Shown: piece after piece, positions 8,270-17,774 of the stretch
Layout: each line of letters begins with the position of its first letter
How positions within the stretch are numbered: the first letter of the stretch is position 1
IMG/VR virus record: IMGVR_UViG_3300025529_000016
Span: 1 to 39,980 of that record
DNA: 39,980 nucleotides
Source of the DNA: a virus
Taxonomy: Duplodnaviria > Caudoviricetes
Reading direction: 5' to 3' (one strand)
Position numbers and translations under genes: made by a program
Notes under the pieces: model-generated
Database searches by the model: none
What the model was told of the DNA's origin: nothing
What the model saw: the letters and a program-made list of their open reading frames with translations, nothing else

Positions 8270-8410
8270 TTATTTCTCCTTGTATTCTTCGAGCAAATTT
8301 TTAATAGCCTGCTCTACAAGGCGGGCTTGAGGAATCATTGTTTTTTCCGATAATTCTTTTAGTTCATCAATGATTTTCTCATCCAATGTGAAAGTGATAC
8401 GTTTTTTCAT
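8270..8410 (-). CDS. Ribbon-helix-helix protein (46 aa)
   Basis: MKKRITFTLDEKIIDELKELSEKTMIPQARLVEQAIKNLLEEY: classic RHH pattern; no SD before the ATG. Confidence 0.8.
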   Translation of the reverse strand: MKKRITFTLDEKIIDELKELSEKTMIPQARLVEQAIKNLLEEYKEK

Positions 8411-8420
8411 AATATAAAAT

Positions 8421-8447
8421 AGCACCCATTGTGGTGCTTTTTCTTTT
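8421..8447 (+). terminator. Intrinsic terminator-like hairpin before terS
   Basis: AGCACC-CATTGT-GGTGCT followed by TTTTCTTTT. Confidence 0.6.
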
Positions 8448-8490
8448 GCTCCAAAACAAACGAATAGCATCTGGAGGTGGGTGAGATGTA

Positions 8491-9234
8491 GTGCCACGCC
8501 AAAGAGATCCAAAACGTGATGAGGCATTTGAAATTTTTAAAAAACACAATGGGAACATACAGAATCGTGAGATTGCTCGTATTTTGGATGTCCCTGAAAA
8601 AACCATTAGCGGTTGGAAATCAAAAGATAAATGGAACGAAAAATTGAACGGAGTACTCCAAAAAAATGAACGGAGTACTCCGAAAAAACGAGGTGGCCAA
8701 CCCGGAAACAAAAACGCTTTGGGTCATGGTCCGCCAAAAGGCAACCAAAACGCATTAAAGCATGGCTTCTTCTCCAAATACATTCCAGAGGAAACTCTTG
8801 AGATCATGGGAATGTTAGAAGAGAAATCGCCTGCTGATTTGATATATGACCAGATCATGATTCAATATGCTGCTATCATCCGGGCGCAACAGATTATGTT
8901 CGTTTCCGATCAAGACGACTTGACCAAAGAGTTAAGAAAAGAGAAGAACACACTCACTGAAAACATGGAAGTCAGCGAAAAGGAATATGAGGTCCAATTT
9001 GCATGGGACAAACATGCAACTTTTCTTAATGCTCAATCCAGGGCAATGTCCGAACTTCGAAGCCTGATCAAGCAGTTCAATGAATTGGCACATGAAGATG
9101 ACGAAAGACGCCTAAAACTTGAACAAATGCGCTTAAGCATTGAAAAGACGAAAGCTGAAGTGGACAAAATCTCTGCTGGATCCGATGATAAGCCGATTGA
9201 AATCCTCATCAAGCGGAAGGGTGAGGAATCATGA
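8491..9234 (+). CDS. terS: Terminase small subunit
   Basis: N-terminal [21 protein letters not shown] motifs, [18 protein letters not shown] (YqaS-like). Confidence 0.92.
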   Translation: MPRQRDPKRDEAFEIFKKHNGNIQNREIARILDVPEKTISGWKSKDKWNEKLNGVLQKNERSTPKKRGGQPGNKNALGHGPPKGNQNALKHGFFSKYIPEETLEIMGMLEEKSPADLIYDQIMIQYAAIIRAQQIMFVSDQDDLTKELRKEKNTLTENMEVSEKEYEVQFAWDKHATFLNAQSRAMSELRSLIKQFNELAHEDDERRLKLEQMRLSIEKTKAEVDKISAGSDDKPIEILIKRKGEES

Positions 9235-10526
9235 TTGAAAAGGAAGTGAACCCTCACTTTGAAGACTTTCTGTTTGATTGGTCCACAAAATTTCAGTTTC
9301 TTGTCGGTGGTTATGGTTCATCCAAAAGCTATCATATTGCTCTAAAACTTATTCTCAAACTACTTGAAGAAAAACGTACAGCTTTAGTGGTTCGTGAAGT
9401 GTACGAAACCATTAGGGAATCATGTTTCTCGTTACTTGAAGAGATTATCACCGATTTAGGTTTAGAGAATCAAATCAAATGTGTAGTTTCTCCAATGCAG
9501 ATTCGTTTTCCAAACGGAAGCAAGATCATCTTTAAAGGGATGGACAAGCCAGCCAAATTGAAATCGATCAACAACATTTCAATCATTTGGTTGGAAGAGT
9601 GTTCAGAGATTAAATACGCTGGTTTTAAAGAGTTGTTAGGACGTTTGAGGCATCCCACGTTGAAACTTCATATGATCCTATCGACGAATCCAGTGAGCAA
9701 GGACAACTGGACTTACAAACACTTTTTCAAAGATGAACAAAATAACCGATTGATTCTGGATGATGAAGAACTTTATGAAAAACGGACAATCATAACAAAC
9801 GACACCTATTATCATCACTCAACAGCTGATGATAATTTATTTTTGCCCGAAAGCTACATTGAACAGTTAGACGAACTGAAAGATTATGACCCAGACCTTT
9901 ACCGAATTGCTAGGAAAGGTCATTTTGGTGTGAATGGCGTTAAAGTATTACCGCAGTTCGAAGTGGCTCCACATGATGAGGTCATGGAAGCTATTAGACG
10001 TTTACCTAATCCAATTAAACGGGTTGGGATGGACTTCGGATTTGAAACTTCATACAACGCTATTATCCGTATGGTAGTTGATCCGAACAAACAATATCTA
10101 TACATTTACTGGGAATATTACAAAAACAAAATGACTGACGACCAGACGGCGGAAGAGATAAAAGAATTTAAAGAAACTGGTGAATTAATCAGAGCTGATT
10201 CAGCTGAGCCTAAGACAATCCAGTTCTACAAACAGAACGGATTCAACATGAGAGCGGCTAAAAAGTTTCAAGGCTCACGGTTGCAGTATACAAGAAAGGT
10301 CAAACGTTTCAAGAAAATCATTTGCTCTGATCAATGTAAAAATACAATCCGAGAGTTGAAGAATTTAACTTACAAGAAAGATAAGAACGATGAAATCATT
10401 CCGGATGAATTCAACATAGACCCACATACACTTAGTGCTATTTGGTATGGCCTAGATGATTATGAAGTATCCGATCTCAAGGCGCCATTAGAACGATATA
10501 GAAAGATGCTCAGCCGACGCAGATAG
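9231..10526 (+). CDS. terL: Terminase large subunit, PBSX family
   Basis: GGYGSSKS Walker A, IWLEE Walker B, STNP, GMDFG and ADSAEPK nuclease motifs. Confidence 0.96.
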   Translation: MIEKEVNPHFEDFLFDWSTKFQFLVGGYGSSKSYHIALKLILKLLEEKRTALVVREVYETIRESCFSLLEEIITDLGLENQIKCVVSPMQIRFPNGSKIIFKGMDKPAKLKSINNISIIWLEECSEIKYAGFKELLGRLRHPTLKLHMILSTNPVSKDNWTYKHFFKDEQNNRLILDDEELYEKRTIITNDTYYHHSTADDNLFLPESYIEQLDELKDYDPDLYRIARKGHFGVNGVKVLPQFEVAPHDEVMEAIRRLPNPIKRVGMDFGFETSYNAIIRMVVDPNKQYLYIYWEYYKNKMTDDQTAEEIKEFKETGELIRADSAEPKTIQFYKQNGFNMRAAKKFQGSRLQYTRKVKRFKKIICSDQCKNTIRELKNLTYKKDKNDEIIPDEFNIDPHTLSAIWYGLDDYEVSDLKAPLERYRKMLSRRR

Positions 10527-10537
10527 GTGGTGATGAA

Positions 10538-11875
10538 ATGAAAAGCGTGGAAAAAGCAAAGGTACTGCGAATGGATTTCATGCAGGGTCATGGCAAAGGG
10601 TATGGAAAAGACGCTCTGGTAAGACAACAGCCGGGGCTAAGACGGAGACTAACTACACAGGAGTTAACCGACTTATATGCAACGAATAGTATTGTCCAAA
10701 ATATCATCGACATTCCTGCTGAGGATATGACTAGAAGCGGCTTTGATCTCGTGATGGAGGATGAAGCACTCAAGAATAAAATCATGAGTAAGATCAGAGA
10801 TTTGAAAGTCAAAGATGCTTTTAAAAAGGCACGTTCCTTTGAGCGTTTGTATGGAGATGGCTTTATTTCTCTAGGGGTGACTCAATCAGTACCTTTTGAG
10901 TTAAAAGATCCATTAGATCCTAAAACATTAAAAAGAGTGGATTACATTCATCCTTTTAGCGGAAATAAGGTGAATGAATTCATCCTCAACGAGGACATGT
11001 TTAGCCCGAACTACGGACAAGTTGAGTTTTTCCAGGTGAATAGAAGATCAAGGCTTGGACAACAGATTGCAGGAATATCTCAAGATAATGTCCATGCTTC
11101 ACGCCTTATCCATGATCAGACACGAAGGCTTGAAGATGAATACCGCGGCCAGCCATTGCTTGAGCCACTATACGACATCATCACTGTTTTAGATACTTCC
11201 TTGTGGTCTGTGGGGCAGATCCTATATGATTTTGCTTTTAAAGTCTATAAATCAGACAGTATCGTGGATATGGACGCTCAAGACAAATACGAATTGGGTA
11301 TGATTATGGATTATATGTTCCGAACGGAAGCCCTTGCAGTCATTGGCAAAGAAGAGGAACTGACCAAAGAAACAACCAATACAACAGGAATAAAAGACCT
11401 TCTTGATTATGTTTGGGACTACCTTTCCGGAGCCGTTCGAATGCCGAAAACAGTCATAAAAGGGCAAGAGGCTGGGACTATCACAGGCGCTCAATATGAT
11501 GTCATGAACTATTATTCTCGCATCGCAGCCATGCAAGAAAATGAGATGCGCCCGAATTTGGAAAGATTGATTCGATTGCTGCTTCAATCAGAGGAATTTG
11601 GAAAACTGGATCCCGAAAAAGTTGACTGGAAGATTAAATTCAATCCTTTGTGGCAAGTAGATGCCAAGACAGATGCCGAGATTCGCAAATTAATAGCCGA
11701 AACAGACCAGATTTATGTTGCCAACGGAATTCTCACTGTTGATGAAGTAAGAGAAACTCGGTTTGGCCAGTTCGGGTTAACAAACGCTTTAAAATTCAGT
11801 GGCGATGAAGCGGATTTAGAGAGAATGGCGAAAGAGGTTTATGAAGCATGGAAGGAACGTGGCAAAAATGGCTAG
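10538..11875 (+). CDS. Portal protein (DUF1073 family)
   Basis: LY..N.IVQNIIDIPAEDMTR, ERLYGDG, IKFNPLWQ; follows terL. Confidence 0.9.
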   Translation: MKSVEKAKVLRMDFMQGHGKGYGKDALVRQQPGLRRRLTTQELTDLYATNSIVQNIIDIPAEDMTRSGFDLVMEDEALKNKIMSKIRDLKVKDAFKKARSFERLYGDGFISLGVTQSVPFELKDPLDPKTLKRVDYIHPFSGNKVNEFILNEDMFSPNYGQVEFFQVNRRSRLGQQIAGISQDNVHASRLIHDQTRRLEDEYRGQPLLEPLYDIITVLDTSLWSVGQILYDFAFKVYKSDSIVDMDAQDKYELGMIMDYMFRTEALAVIGKEEELTKETTNTTGIKDLLDYVWDYLSGAVRMPKTVIKGQEAGTITGAQYDVMNYYSRIAAMQENEMRPNLERLIRLLLQSEEFGKLDPEKVDWKIKFNPLWQVDAKTDAEIRKLIAETDQIYVANGILTVDEVRETRFGQFGLTNALKFSGDEADLERMAKEVYEAWKERGKNG

Positions 11876-12641
11876 AAAGGCCCCTCCTACGCGTTTTCCA
11901 GATGCGGTGGCTGTTTCCTATTACCGAGAGATAAAACGCCTTGTAGACGAGCTAGGAAAGCTTACTTTGCGTGTGTTTGATGAACAGATTAAAGAACAAA
12001 TTAAATTGTATCAGCGGAATGACAGTTCCTCATATAAAACGGATGGTCCACTTGATGTCATTCAACGGGCTATTGATTTGATTAAAGCGTTGTCTCTTGG
12101 AATTTTTTCATCTAGCACGGTAAAAGAGATTGCTACTCGTTTCCTGAATTCGTTAAATCAATACAGCGAAAACATCACTAGAAATCAAGGGAAGATCAAA
12201 GGAATTGATCCTACTCAATATGAGCCGTGGCTAGATGAATACATGAGGTCCTCCATAACGGAAAATGTGAGCTATATAAGCACAATTAGGGATGAGTTTT
12301 TCCCTAAAATCGAAGCTATCATCTATCAAGGTGTTAAAAATGGCCAAAGCATTAAAGCTATTCGGGACCAGCTTGTAGAACGTATTGGAATGACGCAAAA
12401 TCGAGCGAAGTTCATTGCTGTGGACCAGACAGGATCCATCTTCGGCCAAATGACAGCGAAACGCCATCAAGAAATGGGTGTTGAAAAATTTAAATGGTCT
12501 ACATCACACGATGAACGTGTAAGACCGGCACATAGAGCACTTGATGGAAAGGTTTTTAAATACAGTGATCCACCTGCTGAAGGGCTTCCTGGTACTCCGT
12601 TTAGGTGCAGATGTGTGGCGATTCCAGTATTTGATGAGTAG
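11868..12641 (+). CDS. Minor head/head morphogenesis protein (SPP1 gp7 / Mu F family)
   Basis: RAKFIAVDQ, WSTSHDERVRPAH, PG.PFRCRC. Confidence 0.92.
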   Translation: MARKAPPTRFPDAVAVSYYREIKRLVDELGKLTLRVFDEQIKEQIKLYQRNDSSSYKTDGPLDVIQRAIDLIKALSLGIFSSSTVKEIATRFLNSLNQYSENITRNQGKIKGIDPTQYEPWLDEYMRSSITENVSYISTIRDEFFPKIEAIIYQGVKNGQSIKAIRDQLVERIGMTQNRAKFIAVDQTGSIFGQMTAKRHQEMGVEKFKWSTSHDERVRPAHRALDGKVFKYSDPPAEGLPGTPFRCRCVAIPVFDE

Positions 12642-12650
12642 GTGATGATA

Positions 12651-12785
12651 ATGAACGAATTAAACATGAGTGAGTTAGCAGAATCATTGCGTAAAGCAGG
12701 GGAGGAGCTAAGGAAATATCCGTTAAGTCTAAAATTAGAAGACTTGGAACAAATGATAGAATTGTTTAACAAAACGGGTGATTAA
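12651..12785 (+). CDS. Hypothetical 44 aa protein (not in ORF track)
   Basis: AGGTG RBS; MNELNMSELAESLRKAGEELRKYPLSLKLEDLEQMIELFNKTGD*. Confidence 0.55.
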   Translation: MNELNMSELAESLRKAGEELRKYPLSLKLEDLEQMIELFNKTGD

Positions 12786-12816
12786 GATGCTTTTTCATTA
12801 AACAGGAGGGAATGAG

Positions 12817-13062
12817 ATGGCTAGAGTTGTTGAAGTGAAAGATTTAAGTAAACACTTGCCGGAAATTGTCTTCAACGAAAAGCTGAAAAACTTAACAGCG
12901 GAACAAATTGAAAGTGTAGCTTTGCTGATGGAGATTGCATACCAAAAAGGGAGAGAGAATAGTCATAAGCAAGTAACATATGATCCAACTGAAATAAAAC
13001 AGATGGTTAAAGAGATCTTTGATAATGCATTCAATGATACTCGCCAAAAATTTAAAGTTTAA
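12817..13062 (+). CDS. Hypothetical 81 aa protein
   Basis: AGGAGG RBS; sits within the head module. Confidence 0.7.
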   Translation: MARVVEVKDLSKHLPEIVFNEKLKNLTAEQIESVALLMEIAYQKGRENSHKQVTYDPTEIKQMVKEIFDNAFNDTRQKFKV

Positions 13063-13074
13063 TAGCAACATACA

Positions 13075-13103
13075 AGCAACTCATCATAATGAGGGGCTTT
13101 TTT
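13075..13103 (+). terminator. Terminator-like hairpin
   Basis: AGC-AA-CTCAT-CATA-ATGAG-GG-GCT followed by a T-run. Confidence 0.45.
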
Positions 13104-13130
13104 ATTGCAACAAAAAGGAGGTGATAACGG

Positions 13131-14231
13131 ATGAAACTTCAAAGGTATGACAAAGCGTTTATTCAAGATTTCAGAGAAACGCCTGAAGGCTATCTTACCG
13201 TCAATGCTCCGATTACTCGCCCCGGTGTTTTCCCTTATATGCGGGCAGACGGATCCTTGAAAATGGAGGCAAAACTTCCAGAAGAATTGTTTTCAAGTGC
13301 TACGGTCCAGTCTGCCCAGGCAAAACCGGTTACTGATGATCATCCAAATGAGCCGGTAACTGCAGCAAATTTTCAAAAGTACGCTAAAGGTTTAACACAT
13401 ACAGATGCAACTGTAAAAGACAATAAACTTTGGGTTTCTTTCACAATTACGGACGCGGCCTTAATTCAAAAGATCAAAAACGGAAAACGCGAACTATCAA
13501 TCGGTTTTCTTTCTGATGTCCGGGACGAGCCGGGGGAATATGATGGCCAGCGCTATGATTCCGTTCAGAGAAATATAGAAATCAACCATTTGGCTGTTGT
13601 AGATAAGGGAAGAGCAGGTCCTGAAGTTGCTATTCGTGGTGATTCAGCTGCTTTTATGATTGATTCAGATGATAAAGGAGGAAAAAGTAATATGGCAAAG
13701 TACAAGATTGATGGCAAGGAATATGAAGTGGATTCAGCTGTTAAGTCTTATTTAGAGGCTCAAGCGGCAAAATTAGATGCTGCCGAAACTAAATTAAAGG
13801 ATTATGACGCATTACAAGGCCGATATGACGCGTTGGAAGCTAAACTCCAAGCAAAGGAACAAGAATTGGAGGAAGCGAAGAAAAATACCCTTTCTGCGGA
13901 TGAGTTAGACAAAAAAGTGAATGAACGTATTGAATTAATCACCAGCGCAAAACCATTGCTTGGTGATTCTTTTGATTTTACAGGAAAGACAGATCGTGAA
14001 ATCAAAGAAGCCGTTATCCAAAAGGTGAAACCTGATTTCAAGGGCGATGGAAAATCCGATGAATATGTGAATGCCTTCTATGATGCGACAGTTGGTGTAG
14101 TAACCGAAAGAGGATTTTCTTCTGATGGAGCCAATCAATTGAAAAATATTGGAGGCGCCAACCAACCATCGGCTGTTGAAGAAAAGAAAAAACAACGCAT
14201 GAACATTAAAAATTTGAACAAATCGAAATAA
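13131..14231 (+). CDS. DUF2213 capsid maturation protease/scaffold
   Basis: TPEGYL, KPVTDDHP, RELSIG, INHLAVVDKGRAGP; coiled-coil scaffold C-terminus. Confidence 0.92.
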   Translation: MKLQRYDKAFIQDFRETPEGYLTVNAPITRPGVFPYMRADGSLKMEAKLPEELFSSATVQSAQAKPVTDDHPNEPVTAANFQKYAKGLTHTDATVKDNKLWVSFTITDAALIQKIKNGKRELSIGFLSDVRDEPGEYDGQRYDSVQRNIEINHLAVVDKGRAGPEVAIRGDSAAFMIDSDDKGGKSNMAKYKIDGKEYEVDSAVKSYLEAQAAKLDAAETKLKDYDALQGRYDALEAKLQAKEQELEEAKKNTLSADELDKKVNERIELITSAKPLLGDSFDFTGKTDREIKEAVIQKVKPDFKGDGKSDEYVNAFYDATVGVVTERGFSSDGANQLKNIGGANQPSAVEEKKKQRMNIKNLNKSK

Positions 14232-14245
14232 GGAGGTTTTGAAAC

Positions 14246-14719
14246 ATGCCTATTACTAATTACGAACAATATATGCCGCAAGAATTAGGAAAAGGGAAAG
14301 TAGCTTCTTACCATGACCATCAGGCAGATACTGGGGCGGCTGCTGAAGACATTGATTGGGGTGTGGCTGTCCAATTAAACGCTACAAATCCAAACAAAGT
14401 GGAAACGTACGATGGAACAGGAAAATTCCAAGGTGTGGCCATTGCTAATCACTACGCTGAAACTCGATTGGCCAATGTTTCTAACTTTGTAGAAGGCAAA
14501 TATTCAGCTGGCGACGCTGTTTCCTATTTACGACGCGGCATCATCTTTGTAGAAGTCTTGGAAGATGTCGTGAAAGGTGACGAAGCGGTTATTGACAATG
14601 CAACAGGTAATTTCCGGCCAGCGGATACAACCGTTACAGAGAAATCAGGGGTGGTTGGAGTATTTAAAACTTCAGCTGCAGCTAATGGATTAGCACAATT
14701 AGAGATCAACTTACCATAA
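14246..14719 (+). CDS. Capsid decoration/cement protein
   Basis: Position between protease and capsid; beta-rich; G.IFVEV..V..GD motif. Confidence 0.8.
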   Translation: MPITNYEQYMPQELGKGKVASYHDHQADTGAAAEDIDWGVAVQLNATNPNKVETYDGTGKFQGVAIANHYAETRLANVSNFVEGKYSAGDAVSYLRRGIIFVEVLEDVVKGDEAVIDNATGNFRPADTTVTEKSGVVGVFKTSAAANGLAQLEINLP

Positions 14720-14733
14720 GGGGGAATTGTTAG

Positions 14734-15627
14734 ATGGATAAAGTAATGTTTAGAGCACTCGATCTTGAAGCGATCGACAACACACTATATGAACCGAAAT
14801 ATGAGGAATTAACTGCACGACAATGCTTTGATATTAAATTCGATATTCATCCGGGAGCGGAAACTTATGCATATAACGTTCTGACTCGTTCCGGCGTGGC
14901 AAAAATCATGGGGAATGCAGCAGATGATCTGGAACTTGTAGACGCTGATATTCGTCGGGAATTTGCACGTATCTATACGATTGCCACAGGATTTACTTAC
15001 TCCGTACAAGAAATGCGCGCTGCTCAAATGACAGGAACTACCGTTGATGCTACAAAAGCCGCGGTTGCTCGCCGTGCTATAGCTGAAAAAGAGAATAAGC
15101 TTGCTTGGATTGGAGATCCTGACTACAACATTTTAGGTGCCGTGAATACACCTGGTATCCAAATCGAAAATGTTGCACAAGGGGCCAGCGGCCATACAGA
15201 ATGGGCTGAAAAAACAGGTGCCGAAATCGTCGAAGATATCCGGAAACTACGTAAAAAAGTGACGGTTTTGCCTGGACATTCAAATTCGTCAAATCTTGTT
15301 TTATGCGTACCTGCAGAACAATACGAAGAGTTGAACAGACGTTTCAGTGATTTTGACGCTCGTTCTATTTTGCAAGTCATTCAAGGATATCAATGGTTCT
15401 CACAAATCCATCGTGTTCCTGATCTTAAAGGTGTTGGTACAGCAGGAACGGATTCATTTTTAGTCATGGATGCTTCTCCTGAAGTCGTTCAACTTGTCGT
15501 TCCGATGGATCTTACACGTCTTGATGAAGAATGGAAATATCCGAAATGGACTGTTCCGGTAGAAGAACGCTGCGGAGGAATAATCGTTCGTTATCCAATG
15601 GCCATTGCGAGAGGAGATGGTATTTAA
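14734..15627 (+). CDS. Major capsid protein (DUF2184 family)
   Basis: LEAIDNTLYEPKYEEL, ENKLAWIGD, RCGGIIVRYPMAI. Confidence 0.92.
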   Translation: MDKVMFRALDLEAIDNTLYEPKYEELTARQCFDIKFDIHPGAETYAYNVLTRSGVAKIMGNAADDLELVDADIRREFARIYTIATGFTYSVQEMRAAQMTGTTVDATKAAVARRAIAEKENKLAWIGDPDYNILGAVNTPGIQIENVAQGASGHTEWAEKTGAEIVEDIRKLRKKVTVLPGHSNSSNLVLCVPAEQYEELNRRFSDFDARSILQVIQGYQWFSQIHRVPDLKGVGTAGTDSFLVMDASPEVVQLVVPMDLTRLDEEWKYPKWTVPVEERCGGIIVRYPMAIARGDGI

Positions 15628-15983
15628 TGTTAGTGCAAAATTTAGGTAATTTCGTTCGTCATATTGGTGTTCGATTAATCCCTGGAGTTAATAACCTTTC
15701 TTTATCAGAAGGACAAAAGTTTAAAAAAGCACTGGAACATCCACTGAATAAACATCTAATCGACAAAGGCGAAATTGTCATTGCACAAGATGATGATTTC
15801 GCCTCTTTAGAGGCAAAAAAAGCGATTGAACTAGTCAATGACACATTTGAACTTGCCACTTTGCAAAAATTCCGTGAAGAAGAAGCAGCTAAGGGGAATC
15901 GCAAAACAGTAATTGACGCTATCGATAAACAAATTGAATCTATCAAGAATCCTCCAGAAGATTCTATCGTGAAAACAGAATAG
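15627..15983 (+). CDS. Head-associated hypothetical protein
   Basis: TAATG coupling to the capsid stop; RKTVIDAIDKQI motif. Confidence 0.75.
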   Translation: MLVQNLGNFVRHIGVRLIPGVNNLSLSEGQKFKKALEHPLNKHLIDKGEIVIAQDDDFASLEAKKAIELVNDTFELATLQKFREEEAAKGNRKTVIDAIDKQIESIKNPPEDSIVKTE

Positions 15984-15993
15984 GAGGAATAAT

Positions 15994-16338
15994 ATGGCGT
16001 CTACAACACCTGAACGCGTGCGATCAATTGCCAAACACCTATCATCACTCACTGATGAACAGCTTCAAATCATCATTGATGACGCTTATCAAGAGGTTAA
16101 GTCATTAGATATAAAAGAAGAATACGAAGAACGGCTAACCCGGTATTTGGCGGCTCATCTTGGATCAATCAATATCCGGCAAACGCAATCTGAATCAGTG
16201 GGACCGATGAGAAAAACCTATACCGCACAATCTATCGATAATAACACCGGATTGAAAGTCACTCCATATGGCCAAGAATATGAACGTTTGAGAAACAGAC
16301 TTACTGCTAAAGCTAGAATCAATTTGACGGTGATTTGA
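15994..16338 (+). CDS. Head-tail adaptor (DUF4054)
   Basis: YLAAHL, SESVG, TPYGQEYERL. Confidence 0.88.
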   Translation: MASTTPERVRSIAKHLSSLTDEQLQIIIDDAYQEVKSLDIKEEYEERLTRYLAAHLGSINIRQTQSESVGPMRKTYTAQSIDNNTGLKVTPYGQEYERLRNRLTAKARINLTVI

Positions 16339-16959
16339 ATGGTCAATGTGCAAACAGATGATGAAGGATTGCAACGACTTTATCGTGAATTAGCCGAACT
16401 TGATCGCTATTCCATCGAGATTGGTATCTTCGGTTCAGACGATTCCTTTTATGCCATGATCGCAAATGTTCACGAGTTTGGAATGACGATTAAGGCAAAG
16501 AATAAATACCTTGCCATTCCTACAAAAGAAGCAGGAGATAGAAAACCTGCAGATATTCCCGGTCTGTTTCAGCCAAAAGGAAAAAATGTTCTTGCGGTCG
16601 CTGACAAAGCAGCGGAGAACGGAATAAAGGTCATGTTCATCCTGAAAGAAAGCGTCAATATACCAGAACGTTCTTTTATCCGTTCAACGTTCGATGAAAA
16701 GAACGATGAATGGATGGATTTCCTAGAAAAACAGATTGAAAAACTTTGTGAGTTAGAAATAGACGCGAAGACCGTTTTTAAGCGTTTAGGGGCTAGGATA
16801 GTAGGAGATATTCAAGAAAAGATTAGAGACATTAGAACACCGAAAAACAGCCCTTTAACGATTGAAAATAAGGGGTTTGATAATCCACTGATTGACACTG
16901 GTGGATTGCGAATGCACGTCACATGGAAGTTGGTGAGAGACGATGGGGAATATGTTTGA
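16339..16959 (+). CDS. Neck/tail completion protein
   Basis: IANVHEFG, IPERSFIRST, NPLIDTG. Confidence 0.8.
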   Translation: MVNVQTDDEGLQRLYRELAELDRYSIEIGIFGSDDSFYAMIANVHEFGMTIKAKNKYLAIPTKEAGDRKPADIPGLFQPKGKNVLAVADKAAENGIKVMFILKESVNIPERSFIRSTFDEKNDEWMDFLEKQIEKLCELEIDAKTVFKRLGARIVGDIQEKIRDIRTPKNSPLTIENKGFDNPLIDTGGLRMHVTWKLVRDDGEYV

Positions 16960-17311
16960 TTTCTCGGATCTTATTGAAGAATATAGCTTGCCCATTCAAA
17001 TCATTTTGCCTGAAAATCCAGATGATAAAGGCCATTATGACGAAAATACAGGTGAATGGGTTCCTCCTGAACCGGATGAACCTATTAATACTAATGCCGT
17101 GGTTATTCCATTTTCGTCAAATGAGCTATATCAAAGCGGCGGTCGTCTTTCATCTGCAGACAGACAGCTTGTTATTTCTATGGATATCCCTATTAAGAGC
17201 ACTGTGATTGCAGAGGGTCATAAATATTCAGTAGAACAAGAACTTCCTTACAGTGCTTATGCGGGCTTTAATGTGTACGAATTAAAGTGGGTGAGTGCAT
17301 TTGAGCAATGA
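16943..17311 (+). CDS. Head closure protein
   Basis: Synteny; GHYDENTGEWV motif. Confidence 0.7.
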   Translation: MGNMFDFSDLIEEYSLPIQIILPENPDDKGHYDENTGEWVPPEPDEPINTNAVVIPFSSNELYQSGGRLSSADRQLVISMDIPIKSTVIAEGHKYSVEQELPYSAYAGFNVYELKWVSAFEQ

Positions 17312-17774
17312 TTTTGATTACACCACTGTCACAAGCGCTCTTATAAAAGCGATTAAAGACGGAACAGGTTATCCCTTAATAGCGGATAATAGCGCAGGGA
17401 ATCCACCTACTTATCCGTATTGCAGCTATACCATCACTTCTCCAAAGATCGATATTGAAAGAGATTATGAAGGCGCCATATTTGAACTGGTTGTATCTCT
17501 TACGTGGCATGGAACTAGTTCATCAGTAGGCGTTTTAAATTTGGCCAAAAAAGCAGAGTCTTATCTAAAATCCTCACAAGGACGAAGTTTTTTGGAAAAA
17601 CAAGGGATTGTTGTGGTAAGCACAATGAATTTTTCGCAACGTGACAATTTCATATCCATTGATTATGAACGTACAGCCGGTTTTGATGTTCAGTTACGTG
17701 TTCGTGACACCTATGAGGATGATGTTGAGCCAATTGAAGGTTTTGAAATAAATAATAATGGAGGTACAAATTAA
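17301..17774 (+). CDS. Tail terminator protein
   Basis: PPTYPYCSYTI, YERTAGFDV; precedes the sheath; start uncertain (17295 or 17301). Confidence 0.75.
   Translation: MSNDFDYTTVTSALIKAIKDGTGYPLIADNSAGNPPTYPYCSYTITSPKIDIERDYEGAIFELVVSLTWHGTSSSVGVLNLAKKAESYLKSSQGRSFLEKQGIVVVSTMNFSQRDNFISIDYERTAGFDVQLRVRDTYEDDVEPIEGFEINNNGGTN

Noticed and set aside
10538-11875. Anti-CBASS Acb1 label sometimes attached to DUF1073 proteins
   Set aside because: Position and motifs indicate a portal; no separate 2H-phosphoesterase domain is visible
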